Below are positions 47,526 through 56,279 of a stretch of DNA of 64,000 bases, piece by piece. This DNA comes from a virus (lineage: Duplodnaviria > Caudoviricetes): the IMG/VR virus record IMGVR_UViG_3300025437_000009. One strand, 5' to 3'. The position numbers and the translations under genes are program-made. Each line of letters opens with the position of its first letter. The first letter of the stretch is position 1. Below the pieces are notes generated by a model that saw only the letters and a list, made by a program, of their open reading frames with translations, made no database searches and was not told where the DNA came from.

Positions 47526-48732
47526 CTTACCTAAAACAATTTGTATGCTACCGTGGGTTAGTATTGAAACTAGCCCACTAGGTACTACACGTCCTTGCTG
47601 TTTGGCTAACGATGAGATTGTAGATGATACAGGTCGCAAGTATGATTTAAACGAAACTAATCTTGAAGTTATATATCATAGTGAGTATATGCAGGATCTG
47701 CGTCGTCAGTTTCGTCGGGGAGAAAAACCAGAAACTTGTAATCGTTGCTGGACTGAAGAAGCCGCAGGACGTGATAGCAAACGCATACATACACAAATTC
47801 GTTTAAAAGAATTATATCAACAGGTGGACTGGGCCAATGACAATCCTGATCAACTATGGTTTGTTGACTTAAAACTGGGTAATATTTGTAATCTTAAATG
47901 TCGTATCTGTGGATCATGGTCCAGCAGTAAGTGGGCCGAAGAAGAAATGAACTATGTTAAGGCTCATACTAATCCCAAAGAACACATTGCCTACACTTGG
48001 TTAAAGCAAGGTGCTTGGCCACGTAAGACAACAACCTTTTGGGATAACCTACGTGAGTTATTACCTAATATCCGTTACTTTGAATTTACCGGTGGCGAAC
48101 CTTGGATGATACAAGAACATTTTGATCTATTACAATACGCTGTGGATCAAGGTTACAGTAAAAACATTGACATACACTACAATACCAATGCTACACAAGA
48201 TCCTTTACCACACGCAGAATTATGGCATCAATTTGGACGTGTGGATATTGCATTTAGCATTGACAACGTAGGCGATCGTTTCGAGTACGAACGCTATGGC
48301 GCTGACTGGCAACGTGCAAATGAAATAGTTGATGAAGTTCATACCCTACGTGACGGATATGGGTCCAACATTACTACACAGTTATGCTTTACTATCAACA
48401 TACAGAATGTGTACTACCTAGATGAATTGTTGGCCTGGGCAGATACCAAACCCTGGACCAGCATATACTTTAATATGTTACACGACCCTAGTTATATGAA
48501 TATACAACATATGACTCCTCAAGCACAGGAACTTGTGTTAAACAAATTAAAGAAAATTTTTTGGGCTAACAAGTTCTATCAAAAAGAAATTGATCGAGTT
48601 ATACAGTTTATTGAAAACGGCTCGGGTAGCGACGGCGAACGATTCTTGTTTGAAATGAAACGCACTGATGCGTATCGTAAACAAAACTTCGCGGACACAC
48701 ATCCAGAAATAGCTAGGACTATGGGATATTAG
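47497..48732 (+). CDS. N-terminal-twitch radical SAM protein
   Basis: CMLPW...RPCC...CNRCW; CNLKCRIC; FTGGEP; FSID. Confidence 0.85.
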   Translation: MSVIKPVENNLPKTICMLPWVSIETSPLGTTRPCCLANDEIVDDTGRKYDLNETNLEVIYHSEYMQDLRRQFRRGEKPETCNRCWTEEAAGRDSKRIHTQIRLKELYQQVDWANDNPDQLWFVDLKLGNICNLKCRICGSWSSSKWAEEEMNYVKAHTNPKEHIAYTWLKQGAWPRKTTTFWDNLRELLPNIRYFEFTGGEPWMIQEHFDLLQYAVDQGYSKNIDIHYNTNATQDPLPHAELWHQFGRVDIAFSIDNVGDRFEYERYGADWQRANEIVDEVHTLRDGYGSNITTQLCFTINIQNVYYLDELLAWADTKPWTSIYFNMLHDPSYMNIQHMTPQAQELVLNKLKKIFWANKFYQKEIDRVIQFIENGSGSDGERFLFEMKRTDAYRKQNFADTHPEIARTMGY

Positions 48733-49965
48733 ATGATTAAGAAATTAATTACTCGATCTAGATATGAATCGTTTGCAGGTTCGTCTTGGCCTAGCTACGA
48801 AGAATTTCAAACCGGTAATTATAATTCCAATTCAAATATACAAAAAGAAATTGACGAGTTTATCAAGTTGATGCATGATGAATTAAAATTTTTAGATAAT
48901 ACAGAAATAAATTTAAAAACTTCAGAAACAAGTAGTTGGCAAACTAAAGAACGTCCCTTAACATGGAACATAGTAAATCATGATTTATTGTATAAAAGAA
49001 AAATAAAAAACTTACCGTCTAGTAAAAGCGGAATACAAACAGTTTGTTCTAAACCGTTTAGCAATATTTCAATTGATTTTGATGGTCGTATTTTTTTATG
49101 CGATTGCCCAGGCTGGTTGCCTTTTCCTGTGGGACACGTGACAGAGTTTAACTCAGCAGCTGAAGTATTTGATCATCCCACAGCAATAGAGATACAAAAT
49201 TCTATCTTAGACAAAATTTATAATTTTTGTGATGTCGACACCTGCAGACTGCCAAAAGACGGTTCAACAACGATCGTCCGTAGTCCCGTTAGGTTATACG
49301 TTGGTATAGATAAAAGTTGTAATTTAACTTGCCCTAGTTGCAGAGAACGTCCGTTGTTTTTCAAAGAAGGTGAAGAAGTGGAAAAACGTAAAAAATGGGC
49401 TGACCATATATGTAATTGGATTACAGCTGATCAAACAAAGTCTTGGACTATTATAATTGGTGCCGACGGAGATCCTTTTGTTAGTTATGTATACGAATAT
49501 CTATTAGAAAAGTTGCAATTATTAAACAATATAACTTTTGAATTTATGACAAACGGGTTATTTTTAAAAAGACAGTTAAGTAAGTTAGCTCCAGAGTTTT
49601 TATCTAAAATTAAATCAATCAATGTAAGTATTGATGCAGCCACAGAAGAAACATATAAAATAATTCGACGTGGCGGAAATTGGAAACACCTAATAGAAAA
49701 TTTAGAATATCTACAGGAAATATCAATCAGCAATAATATACAAACTGTTGGAAATTTAATTATACAAGAGGGCAATTTTACAGAAGCCGTTGGGTTTGTT
49801 GACTTATGCAAACACTATAACATGAAACCAAATCTTACATTGATTGAAGATTGGGGAACTTGGCACGATTTTGCAAAACATGCGGTGCATCATTCAGACC
49901 ACCCTCGATATAGCGAATTTGTTAAAGTATTTTCTGATTCAAAATTACAATTTTTTAAACCATGA
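48733..49965 (+). CDS. Radical SAM protein with N-terminal twitch and extra N-terminal FAG..WPSYEEF module
   Basis: CSKPF...FLCDC...CDVDTC; CNLTCPSC; GADGDP; VSIDA; visibly AT-rich. Confidence 0.82.
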   Translation: MIKKLITRSRYESFAGSSWPSYEEFQTGNYNSNSNIQKEIDEFIKLMHDELKFLDNTEINLKTSETSSWQTKERPLTWNIVNHDLLYKRKIKNLPSSKSGIQTVCSKPFSNISIDFDGRIFLCDCPGWLPFPVGHVTEFNSAAEVFDHPTAIEIQNSILDKIYNFCDVDTCRLPKDGSTTIVRSPVRLYVGIDKSCNLTCPSCRERPLFFKEGEEVEKRKKWADHICNWITADQTKSWTIIIGADGDPFVSYVYEYLLEKLQLLNNITFEFMTNGLFLKRQLSKLAPEFLSKIKSINVSIDAATEETYKIIRRGGNWKHLIENLEYLQEISISNNIQTVGNLIIQEGNFTEAVGFVDLCKHYNMKPNLTLIEDWGTWHDFAKHAVHHSDHPRYSEFVKVFSDSKLQFFKP

Positions 49966-51254
49966 ACAAACCAGAAACACTATGCATGGCTCCGTGGACT
50001 CATACTTATTTGAGTCCACAAACAGAAAGACGTATGTGTTGTGCGTCGCGTGAACCAGCGCAAAACTTTGAGCAGTACATAGACACATCCAGCGGAACTG
50101 GTCGTTACATTCCTGTAACATTAGATGAACATTGGAATAGTGAACATATGAAAAGTGTGCGACAACGCATGATGGCTGGCGAAACATTGCCCGAGTGCGA
50201 AGTATGCAATGATAAGTTGCTCAATACTGACATTTACCGTAGTTATTTTAACCAGCTGTTTGGGCATAAGTATTTACAAGCCATGGAGCAGACTGATGCC
50301 TCAGGCTACACGACAATGAAGCCAGTATCGTGGGATTACAGATTTAGCAACCTTTGTAATTTTAAGTGCCGCATGTGCGGTGACATGTTGAGTAGTGCTT
50401 GGGAGAGCGAGCAGAAACAACACGGGATGATCGACTTGACGAATCCAAAAAATAACTGGATGCGTCCTGAAGTCAAGGTAGAAATAGAAAAGTTTCAAGA
50501 CACCCAGGTAGAGCAAGAGTTTGCTACTGCTGTTGAGGAGCACCGAGTGGAAGAGGTGTATTGGGTGGGAGGTGAGCCGTTAATGTACGAACAGCACTGG
50601 CGTTACATGAAACGGATTATTGAACTTGGAGATGGAAAAAATGTTTACGCTAGATACAACACTAATCTTAGTCGCATCAATTATCGCGGTATCAATCTGT
50701 ATAGGGATATTTTATCTGGGCTACGTGACTGGCAAATCTGCGCAAGCATCGATGGCACGGGCCGAATTGGAGAGTATATTAGAACAGGTCTTAATTTTGA
50801 TGAGTGGCTTAAGAACATCACTGAAGGACTTGCGTACAGCAGTCACCGCCGCCAAATCCGTTTGGACTTCACTCTTACTACACCAGGACTCTTTGAAGTT
50901 CAAAAGATACAAGAACTCGCGCAAAAACTTGGAGTAGACGTTTTAGCAAAGGTGGTGTTCTCTTTTTCACCGGACATTGTTATGTCACCGCTAGCACTAC
51001 CTAGGGAAGTATTACATCCTTGGATAGACGAAATCTTGCACACCATTGATAAAGGTGCCCTACACGACATATTAGTCCAACTGAAAACTAGACCCACTTT
51101 TGCTGAACAATGGCCCGACACGTATCAAACAGGACTCCAAAAGGGCAAACGCCGCATATTAGAACTTGAAAAAATTCGAAAAGACCAGTATACTTTTAGA
51201 GATATTATGGCTCTAAGACCACAAGTACTGGAATGGTATGACTCAATCAATTAA
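49962..51254 (+). CDS. N-terminal-twitch radical SAM protein
   Basis: CMAPW...RMCC...CEVC; CNFKCRMC; VGGEP; ASIDG. Confidence 0.85.
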   Translation: MNKPETLCMAPWTHTYLSPQTERRMCCASREPAQNFEQYIDTSSGTGRYIPVTLDEHWNSEHMKSVRQRMMAGETLPECEVCNDKLLNTDIYRSYFNQLFGHKYLQAMEQTDASGYTTMKPVSWDYRFSNLCNFKCRMCGDMLSSAWESEQKQHGMIDLTNPKNNWMRPEVKVEIEKFQDTQVEQEFATAVEEHRVEEVYWVGGEPLMYEQHWRYMKRIIELGDGKNVYARYNTNLSRINYRGINLYRDILSGLRDWQICASIDGTGRIGEYIRTGLNFDEWLKNITEGLAYSSHRRQIRLDFTLTTPGLFEVQKIQELAQKLGVDVLAKVVFSFSPDIVMSPLALPREVLHPWIDEILHTIDKGALHDILVQLKTRPTFAEQWPDTYQTGLQKGKRRILELEKIRKDQYTFRDIMALRPQVLEWYDSIN

Positions 51255-52323
51255 AGTAGTACTGCGAAATCCTTTAAATTATAATGACCAAATTGATTAT
51301 ACAATTGAATCTTTTGATCACGAGTTATCGCATGATTGGATACAAGCACTCAAGGGACTACTACAGTCAAAAAACCTATTAGAAAAAAATTACTGTTTTA
51401 TGGGTTTTCCTAAAACAGCTCGCACATTAGAATACCTATGTGGAGAAGTAAATCTAGCAGCGGCAACTATAAACAATTTTTTCAGTGACTATCGAATTGA
51501 GGAAGTATATACTCCCGATAATGTAGTTGGATTTGACTACGCTGACCATGGTGTAAATCATGAGATGTTAAATACTCTACATAATCATTTTGAAAGACTG
51601 CAAGGAACTGTTTGGAATTTAAGTGATTATTATCGTCGGGCCGATTACGATACAAAGTACGCAATACGTCAATTGAATAATCTATGTCACGAAATAGAAA
51701 ATTTAATTCTCAGCAAACGTAAAGAACGAGAATTACCTTATTGGGTTCGTCCGAGCCAAATTACTACATTCATTAACAGTCCTCGATTAGATTTAAAAGA
51801 CTCGCATAGGCAAGGATTTGTTACCAATGGTTATAACCGTGTGCTAGGTGGAGTTTATATGCACTGGACACAGATAGGCAAAACTCTATATGAAGTATTC
51901 CGAGATGAACATGCTCCTAAACTAACTGACACAGTATGCGAAGCTATTACAGAATTACGCTACTACTCAGGAGAATTTGATGTAGAGTGGGGCAATGATG
52001 TAGTACTCAATGGTGGACATCCGTGGCATGATCGAGAACAAGAAGATTTTTGTTATTGGTTAATGGCCAATGGGCGCGATCCACTAGATCCCAAACTAAG
52101 TTTGGGATATTTGCCACTGGGACAGATAAAGTTATTGGAAAGTTTTGGCACCACTGATTACAAGGAAATTTGGAATACCTTGTCCGACCATTTGGACATT
52201 TATCAAATTGAAGTAGATGGAGTTGTAAGTACGTTTGACTACTGCTGGACTGACAGCAACTACAAGCAAATGCAAATTGACATGATGAAACCTGGATATG
52301 ATTACAGTTCTCGCCGGGGGTGA
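51238..52323 (+). CDS. Hypothetical protein (His/Glu motifs, possible metal binding)
   Basis: 361-aa ORF overlapping both neighbours; LNTLHNHFE and LNNLCHEIE motifs. Confidence 0.6.
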   Translation: MTQSIKVVLRNPLNYNDQIDYTIESFDHELSHDWIQALKGLLQSKNLLEKNYCFMGFPKTARTLEYLCGEVNLAAATINNFFSDYRIEEVYTPDNVVGFDYADHGVNHEMLNTLHNHFERLQGTVWNLSDYYRRADYDTKYAIRQLNNLCHEIENLILSKRKERELPYWVRPSQITTFINSPRLDLKDSHRQGFVTNGYNRVLGGVYMHWTQIGKTLYEVFRDEHAPKLTDTVCEAITELRYYSGEFDVEWGNDVVLNGGHPWHDREQEDFCYWLMANGRDPLDPKLSLGYLPLGQIKLLESFGTTDYKEIWNTLSDHLDIYQIEVDGVVSTFDYCWTDSNYKQMQIDMMKPGYDYSSRRG

Positions 52324-52846
52324 TAGTTTCGTTTGGGGCAGTGAGTTAGCTGATAGCCCGCATGGTGGAGCTGATGGCTTTAGTAAGCAGACATTTACTG
52401 CCCTACTAGGGGATCGTTATATCTGTGCCGCATACCCAGGGTTGGGCAATAGGGAAATAGCTTATCGTGTAAGAGATGCCCTAATATACACTCGCCCAGA
52501 TATTGTTGTAGTTTGCTGGACTTGGCCTGGTAGAGATAATATGTTGGATAGTGATCACTACATAAAAGGACTGCAAGCACACCTGGTTTATCATAATATT
52601 CCTTATATGTTTACCTGTGCTGACAACTGTGTTGTAACAGGTAAATTGGATTACGATAATTGGTACATGTTCCCACCAGGACAAGAGCTATGGGAAACCA
52701 CACAGCCAAGAGGTTTTTATCAGTGGGCAGTAGAGAATAAATACCCTGTAGGACCTGAACATCATCCACTAGAATTAGCACATCAAGATGCTGCTAAATT
52801 AATGAAAGAAAAATTCAATGCAATGGTTAAAAAATCTATACAATAG
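52298..52846 (+). CDS. SGNH/GDSL-like protein
   Basis: LAGGDSFVWG block I; GLGN; C-terminal GPEHHPLELAH. Confidence 0.65.
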   Translation: MITVLAGGDSFVWGSELADSPHGGADGFSKQTFTALLGDRYICAAYPGLGNREIAYRVRDALIYTRPDIVVVCWTWPGRDNMLDSDHYIKGLQAHLVYHNIPYMFTCADNCVVTGKLDYDNWYMFPPGQELWETTQPRGFYQWAVENKYPVGPEHHPLELAHQDAAKLMKEKFNAMVKKSIQ

Positions 52847-52919
52847 AATAGTCTTAGAAATACGTTATCGCAAAAAACTAAAAGAGTTGCGTAAGCGAGA
52901 TCCATTTATTTACAAATGA
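52818..52919 (+). CDS. 33-aa basic peptide ending RDPFIYK (below ORF-track cutoff)
   Basis: ATG 52818 to TGA 52917-19: MQWLKNLYNRIVLEIRYRKKLKELRKRDPFIYK. Fills the only gap in the operon and has an ATGA overlap with 52916. Confidence 0.7.
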   Translation: MQWLKNLYNRIVLEIRYRKKLKELRKRDPFIYK

Positions 52920-53455
52920 TATTAGTCAACGGCGATAGTTTTACCTATGGTGAAGAAAGTTCTATTGCTTGGCCCAATTTGATTGCTAATACCGTAAACA
53001 TAGCGGAATCTGGCTATAGCAATGATGCTATCGTTAGGACGACTGTGAATTCAATTGAATCTTGTTTGTTATCCGTTGAGTATGTTATTGTTGCATGGAC
53101 TACCCCAAACAGAATAGAAGTTAACGGCCAGCATCTAACTCCGCATAGTCATAGAAAGTACGGATCAATCTGTGATTATGTATTTTTAGACTGGAATGAA
53201 CAGTGGGCTACTGCAAAATTCCGTACACAGGTTGCACTATTAGATGCTTATATAAAAAGCAAAAGCATACCTTACGTTTTTATTAGAACTTTTGATGTTC
53301 CTGAAACTACAGTAGGAAATTGGATGCCGGGTAGTATAGTAGAATGGATGGGCGATTGTCCCAAAGGCCCGGGCGGACATCCGCTAGAACTTGGACAAGT
53401 AAGAATAGCAGAACATGTCGAAAAATATATTAGGAATCTCGGCTGGCTTCCATGA
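52916..53455 (+). CDS. SGNH/GDSL-like protein
   Basis: LVNGDSFTYG block I; GYSND; C-terminal GPGGHPLELG. Confidence 0.65.
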   Translation: MILVNGDSFTYGEESSIAWPNLIANTVNIAESGYSNDAIVRTTVNSIESCLLSVEYVIVAWTTPNRIEVNGQHLTPHSHRKYGSICDYVFLDWNEQWATAKFRTQVALLDAYIKSKSIPYVFIRTFDVPETTVGNWMPGSIVEWMGDCPKGPGGHPLELGQVRIAEHVEKYIRNLGWLP

Positions 53456-54896
53456 TGCCGCCGCAACAGTAATTAACCAAGGTGAGATCTTATATGCTGG
53501 ACACGCAGAGCGTTACAGTAAGATTAAGAATGACCCTAATTTGCATGAAGCAATGTTTTGGGAGTTTAGTCGTGGGCGACACATTGATCATATTGCTTAC
53601 TACGAAACTCCTTGGAAGAAACAGTTGCGTCAACTGTACTCAGGACAAGGCATTGAGTGGAACAAACTAACTACCCGTCAAGTTTTAAAGCAACAATTAC
53701 GGGGATTCTTTGATAATGTTCCAGTATCGACACACAGTCATCATCTAAGCCACACAGCAGCAGGATTCCAAACAAGTCCATTTAAGCGTGCCACAGTGGT
53801 AGTAATTGATGCTATAGGTGAATGGGACACTATCTCAATTTGGGGAGCAGAGTACATAAACGGCCGGGCTCAATATAAGAGCTTATGGCGTCAACGTTAT
53901 CCTCACTCAATCGGATTATTTTATACAGCAATGACTCAACGGGTGGGATTGAAACCCATGGAAGATGAGTATATTCTAATGGGAATGGCCGCATATGGTC
54001 GTCCTACTGCTACTACGTTTATAAAGAATGCAGTCATTGAAAATGAATGGGATCTAACATTTAAACAAAATCTACATGCGGGACTAGATGATACCTTTTT
54101 AGTTGGAGTCCCAAACGAAGAAATTGCCAGTTCTAGCCAGACCTTTTGTGAAAATTTGATATATAATGTTATACGTCGTGCTAAAGAATTTGGCTGGAGC
54201 ACGAATTTGGTATACCAGGGCGGTGTAGCCCTTAATTGTTTAGCTAATAGAAATCTTGGTGAATATTTTGAAAACGTTTGGATCATGCCTAATCCTGGTG
54301 ATGCTGGTAGCTCTCTTGGCGCAGCCGCTCTCGCCTACGGAGGCCCGATTGATTTTAAAAATGCGTTCCTCGGTACAGACATTAGCGGCAACTATCCCGT
54401 CAATGCCCTCCTTGATAGTTTACTCACAGATAAAATCGTTGGAGTTGCTTCCGGACGTGCAGAATTTGGACCCAGAGCCCTTGGAAACAGAAGTCTCCTC
54501 GCCGACCCTCGCGGACCCAACATAAAGGATCGAGTAAATGCAATCAAACGACGTCAAGAATTCAGACCATTTGCGCCAGTCATTTTGGAGGAGCATGTAC
54601 GTGATTATTTTGACATGCCTCCTGGTTTCGTTGATACTAGGTATATGCAAGTCATCGGTCATTGTAGGCGTCCTGACTTATTTCCTGCTATCGTTCATCA
54701 TGACGGGACTAGTCGTATACAGACAGTACCAGCTGATGGTTCGGGAATCCGAGAACTATTAGAAAAATGGTATGTAGTAACAGATTGCCCTATGTTACTG
54801 AATACTAGTCTTAATATCAAGGGCGAGCCAATGGTCAATGATCGTGCGGATGCAGATCGATTCGAAAAACTCTATAATGTAAAGGTACACTCATGA
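53415..54896 (+). CDS. O-carbamoyltransferase, NodU/CmcH/TobZ family
   Basis: ILGIS..HDAAA, HHLSH, DAIGE, GGVALNC, PNPGDAG, EFGPRALGNRS, FRPFAP, LLNTSLN. Confidence 0.92.
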   Translation: MSKNILGISAGFHDAAATVINQGEILYAGHAERYSKIKNDPNLHEAMFWEFSRGRHIDHIAYYETPWKKQLRQLYSGQGIEWNKLTTRQVLKQQLRGFFDNVPVSTHSHHLSHTAAGFQTSPFKRATVVVIDAIGEWDTISIWGAEYINGRAQYKSLWRQRYPHSIGLFYTAMTQRVGLKPMEDEYILMGMAAYGRPTATTFIKNAVIENEWDLTFKQNLHAGLDDTFLVGVPNEEIASSSQTFCENLIYNVIRRAKEFGWSTNLVYQGGVALNCLANRNLGEYFENVWIMPNPGDAGSSLGAAALAYGGPIDFKNAFLGTDISGNYPVNALLDSLLTDKIVGVASGRAEFGPRALGNRSLLADPRGPNIKDRVNAIKRRQEFRPFAPVILEEHVRDYFDMPPGFVDTRYMQVIGHCRRPDLFPAIVHHDGTSRIQTVPADGSGIRELLEKWYVVTDCPMLLNTSLNIKGEPMVNDRADADRFEKLYNVKVHS

Positions 54897-55243
54897 CAGA
54901 GGTTGAACTAATTCAAGAAAAACAAAAACATATTTGGGCAAATGAAATGGCTTCATTATACTCACAAATTATTGTGAACGGAATTTATAACTCAGAAGAC
55001 TTTGGGTACCAGGAAAGAGAAGAGATAGCTGCCTACGTAAGTTTTAAAAATAAATGCGTGTATTGTTTTAAAGGCCACAAAACTGATAAAACGCTTAGTA
55101 TTGAATTAAGAAAGCTGATAGACGATTTATATAGTGGTAAAAAACAGGTTGATATAAATGATAACGATAAACTAATCGAACAAATTATTTATATTATTGG
55201 ATTTTTAAATTTTGTTAATTTTGTATTAAAGGCATATCGATAA
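54893..55243 (+). CDS. AhpD/carboxymuconolactone-decarboxylase-like CxxC protein
   Basis: REEIAAYVSFKNKCVYCFKGH matches the AhpD core E-x-(I/L)A-x-x-VS-x-x-N-x-C-x-Y-C-x-x-x-H. Confidence 0.6.
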   Translation: MTEVELIQEKQKHIWANEMASLYSQIIVNGIYNSEDFGYQEREEIAAYVSFKNKCVYCFKGHKTDKTLSIELRKLIDDLYSGKKQVDINDNDKLIEQIIYIIGFLNFVNFVLKAYR

Positions 55244-56082
55244 TGACACAACGTATTTTAATTATGGGCCTTCCAGGCTCGGGCAAAACAACATTGGCCG
55301 GCGCTCTTAAAAAATATCTTGAAGAGCACGGTGAGATTAGCTATGCTCGTGCTACTCGTGAAATGATTGGCAATTTTAATTGTGAAGTAAATTGGTTCAA
55401 TGCAGACGATATTCGACGCAAGTACAACGACTGGGACTTCTCAAACGATGGACGTATTCGTCAGAGCCTGCGTATGTTTCAATTCAGTATGGAATCGGGC
55501 GGAGACTATGTGATCTGTGACTTTGTGGCACCCTTGGTTGAGATGCGCAACAACTTCAAGGCCGACTGGACCATCTGGATGGATACCATACGTGAAGGAC
55601 GATATGCAGATACTAATGCGGCCTTTGTGGAACCCGAAGTATATGACTTCCGTATCACCGAGCAGAATGCAGAAAAATGGGCCGAATTTATTGGCGAACA
55701 TATTATTGAAAATCGACGTCGTCCTACGTTTGATTGGAAGAAAGAAACTGTACAGATGTTGGGACGTTGGCAACCATGGCATGATGGACACCGCGCACTA
55801 TTTGAACGTCTAATACAACGTACAGGGCAAGTAGTTATTCAAGTACGTGATGTACAGGGTTGGCAAGGATCTAATCCATTTGAAATTGACAAAGTTAAAT
55901 CTTTTATACGCAGAGATTTAGATCCCATCTATCAAGGACAGTATGAAATACAAGTAGTACCTAATATTGTACACATTGGTTGGGGTCGTGGAGTAGGTTA
56001 TACTTCAGGTGAAGAAACATTTGACGATGCAATTACTGATATTAGTGCTACAAAGATACGCAAAGAATTAGGTCTCAAGTAG
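55243..56082 (+). CDS. APS-kinase (CysC)-like P-loop kinase fused to an HxGH nucleotidyltransferase domain
   Basis: GLPGSGKTT, FNADDIRR...DFS..GRIRQ, VICDFVAP; C-terminal LGRWQPWHDGH and ISATKIRK. Confidence 0.75.
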   Translation: MTQRILIMGLPGSGKTTLAGALKKYLEEHGEISYARATREMIGNFNCEVNWFNADDIRRKYNDWDFSNDGRIRQSLRMFQFSMESGGDYVICDFVAPLVEMRNNFKADWTIWMDTIREGRYADTNAAFVEPEVYDFRITEQNAEKWAEFIGEHIIENRRRPTFDWKKETVQMLGRWQPWHDGHRALFERLIQRTGQVVIQVRDVQGWQGSNPFEIDKVKSFIRRDLDPIYQGQYEIQVVPNIVHIGWGRGVGYTSGEETFDDAITDISATKIRKELGLK

Positions 56083-56279
56083 TGGATACTGCTAAACGTA
56101 GTTTGGTAAAAACAATCAGTTGGCGGGTAGTTGGTAGTACAGCTACGTTTGGCATTAGTTATTTGATATCTGAAAATTTTGCTGTTGCTGGGACTATAGC
56201 TATCGTGCAGTTGATTGCAAACACCGTACTATACTTTGTACATGAGAGGCTGTGGAATCGTGTTAATTGGGGTCGATAG
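56082..56279 (+). CDS. DUF2061-type small membrane protein
   Basis: KRSLVKTISWRVVG...LYFVHERLWNRVNWG. Confidence 0.8.
   Translation: MDTAKRSLVKTISWRVVGSTATFGISYLISENFAVAGTIAIVQLIANTVLYFVHERLWNRVNWGR

Noticed and set aside
42162-51254. rSAM array as a standard RiPP maturation cluster
   Set aside because: No RRE/PqqD-like domain, protease or exporter was seen, and the neighbours are sugar enzymes. The 33-aa peptide keeps this only as a minor alternative.
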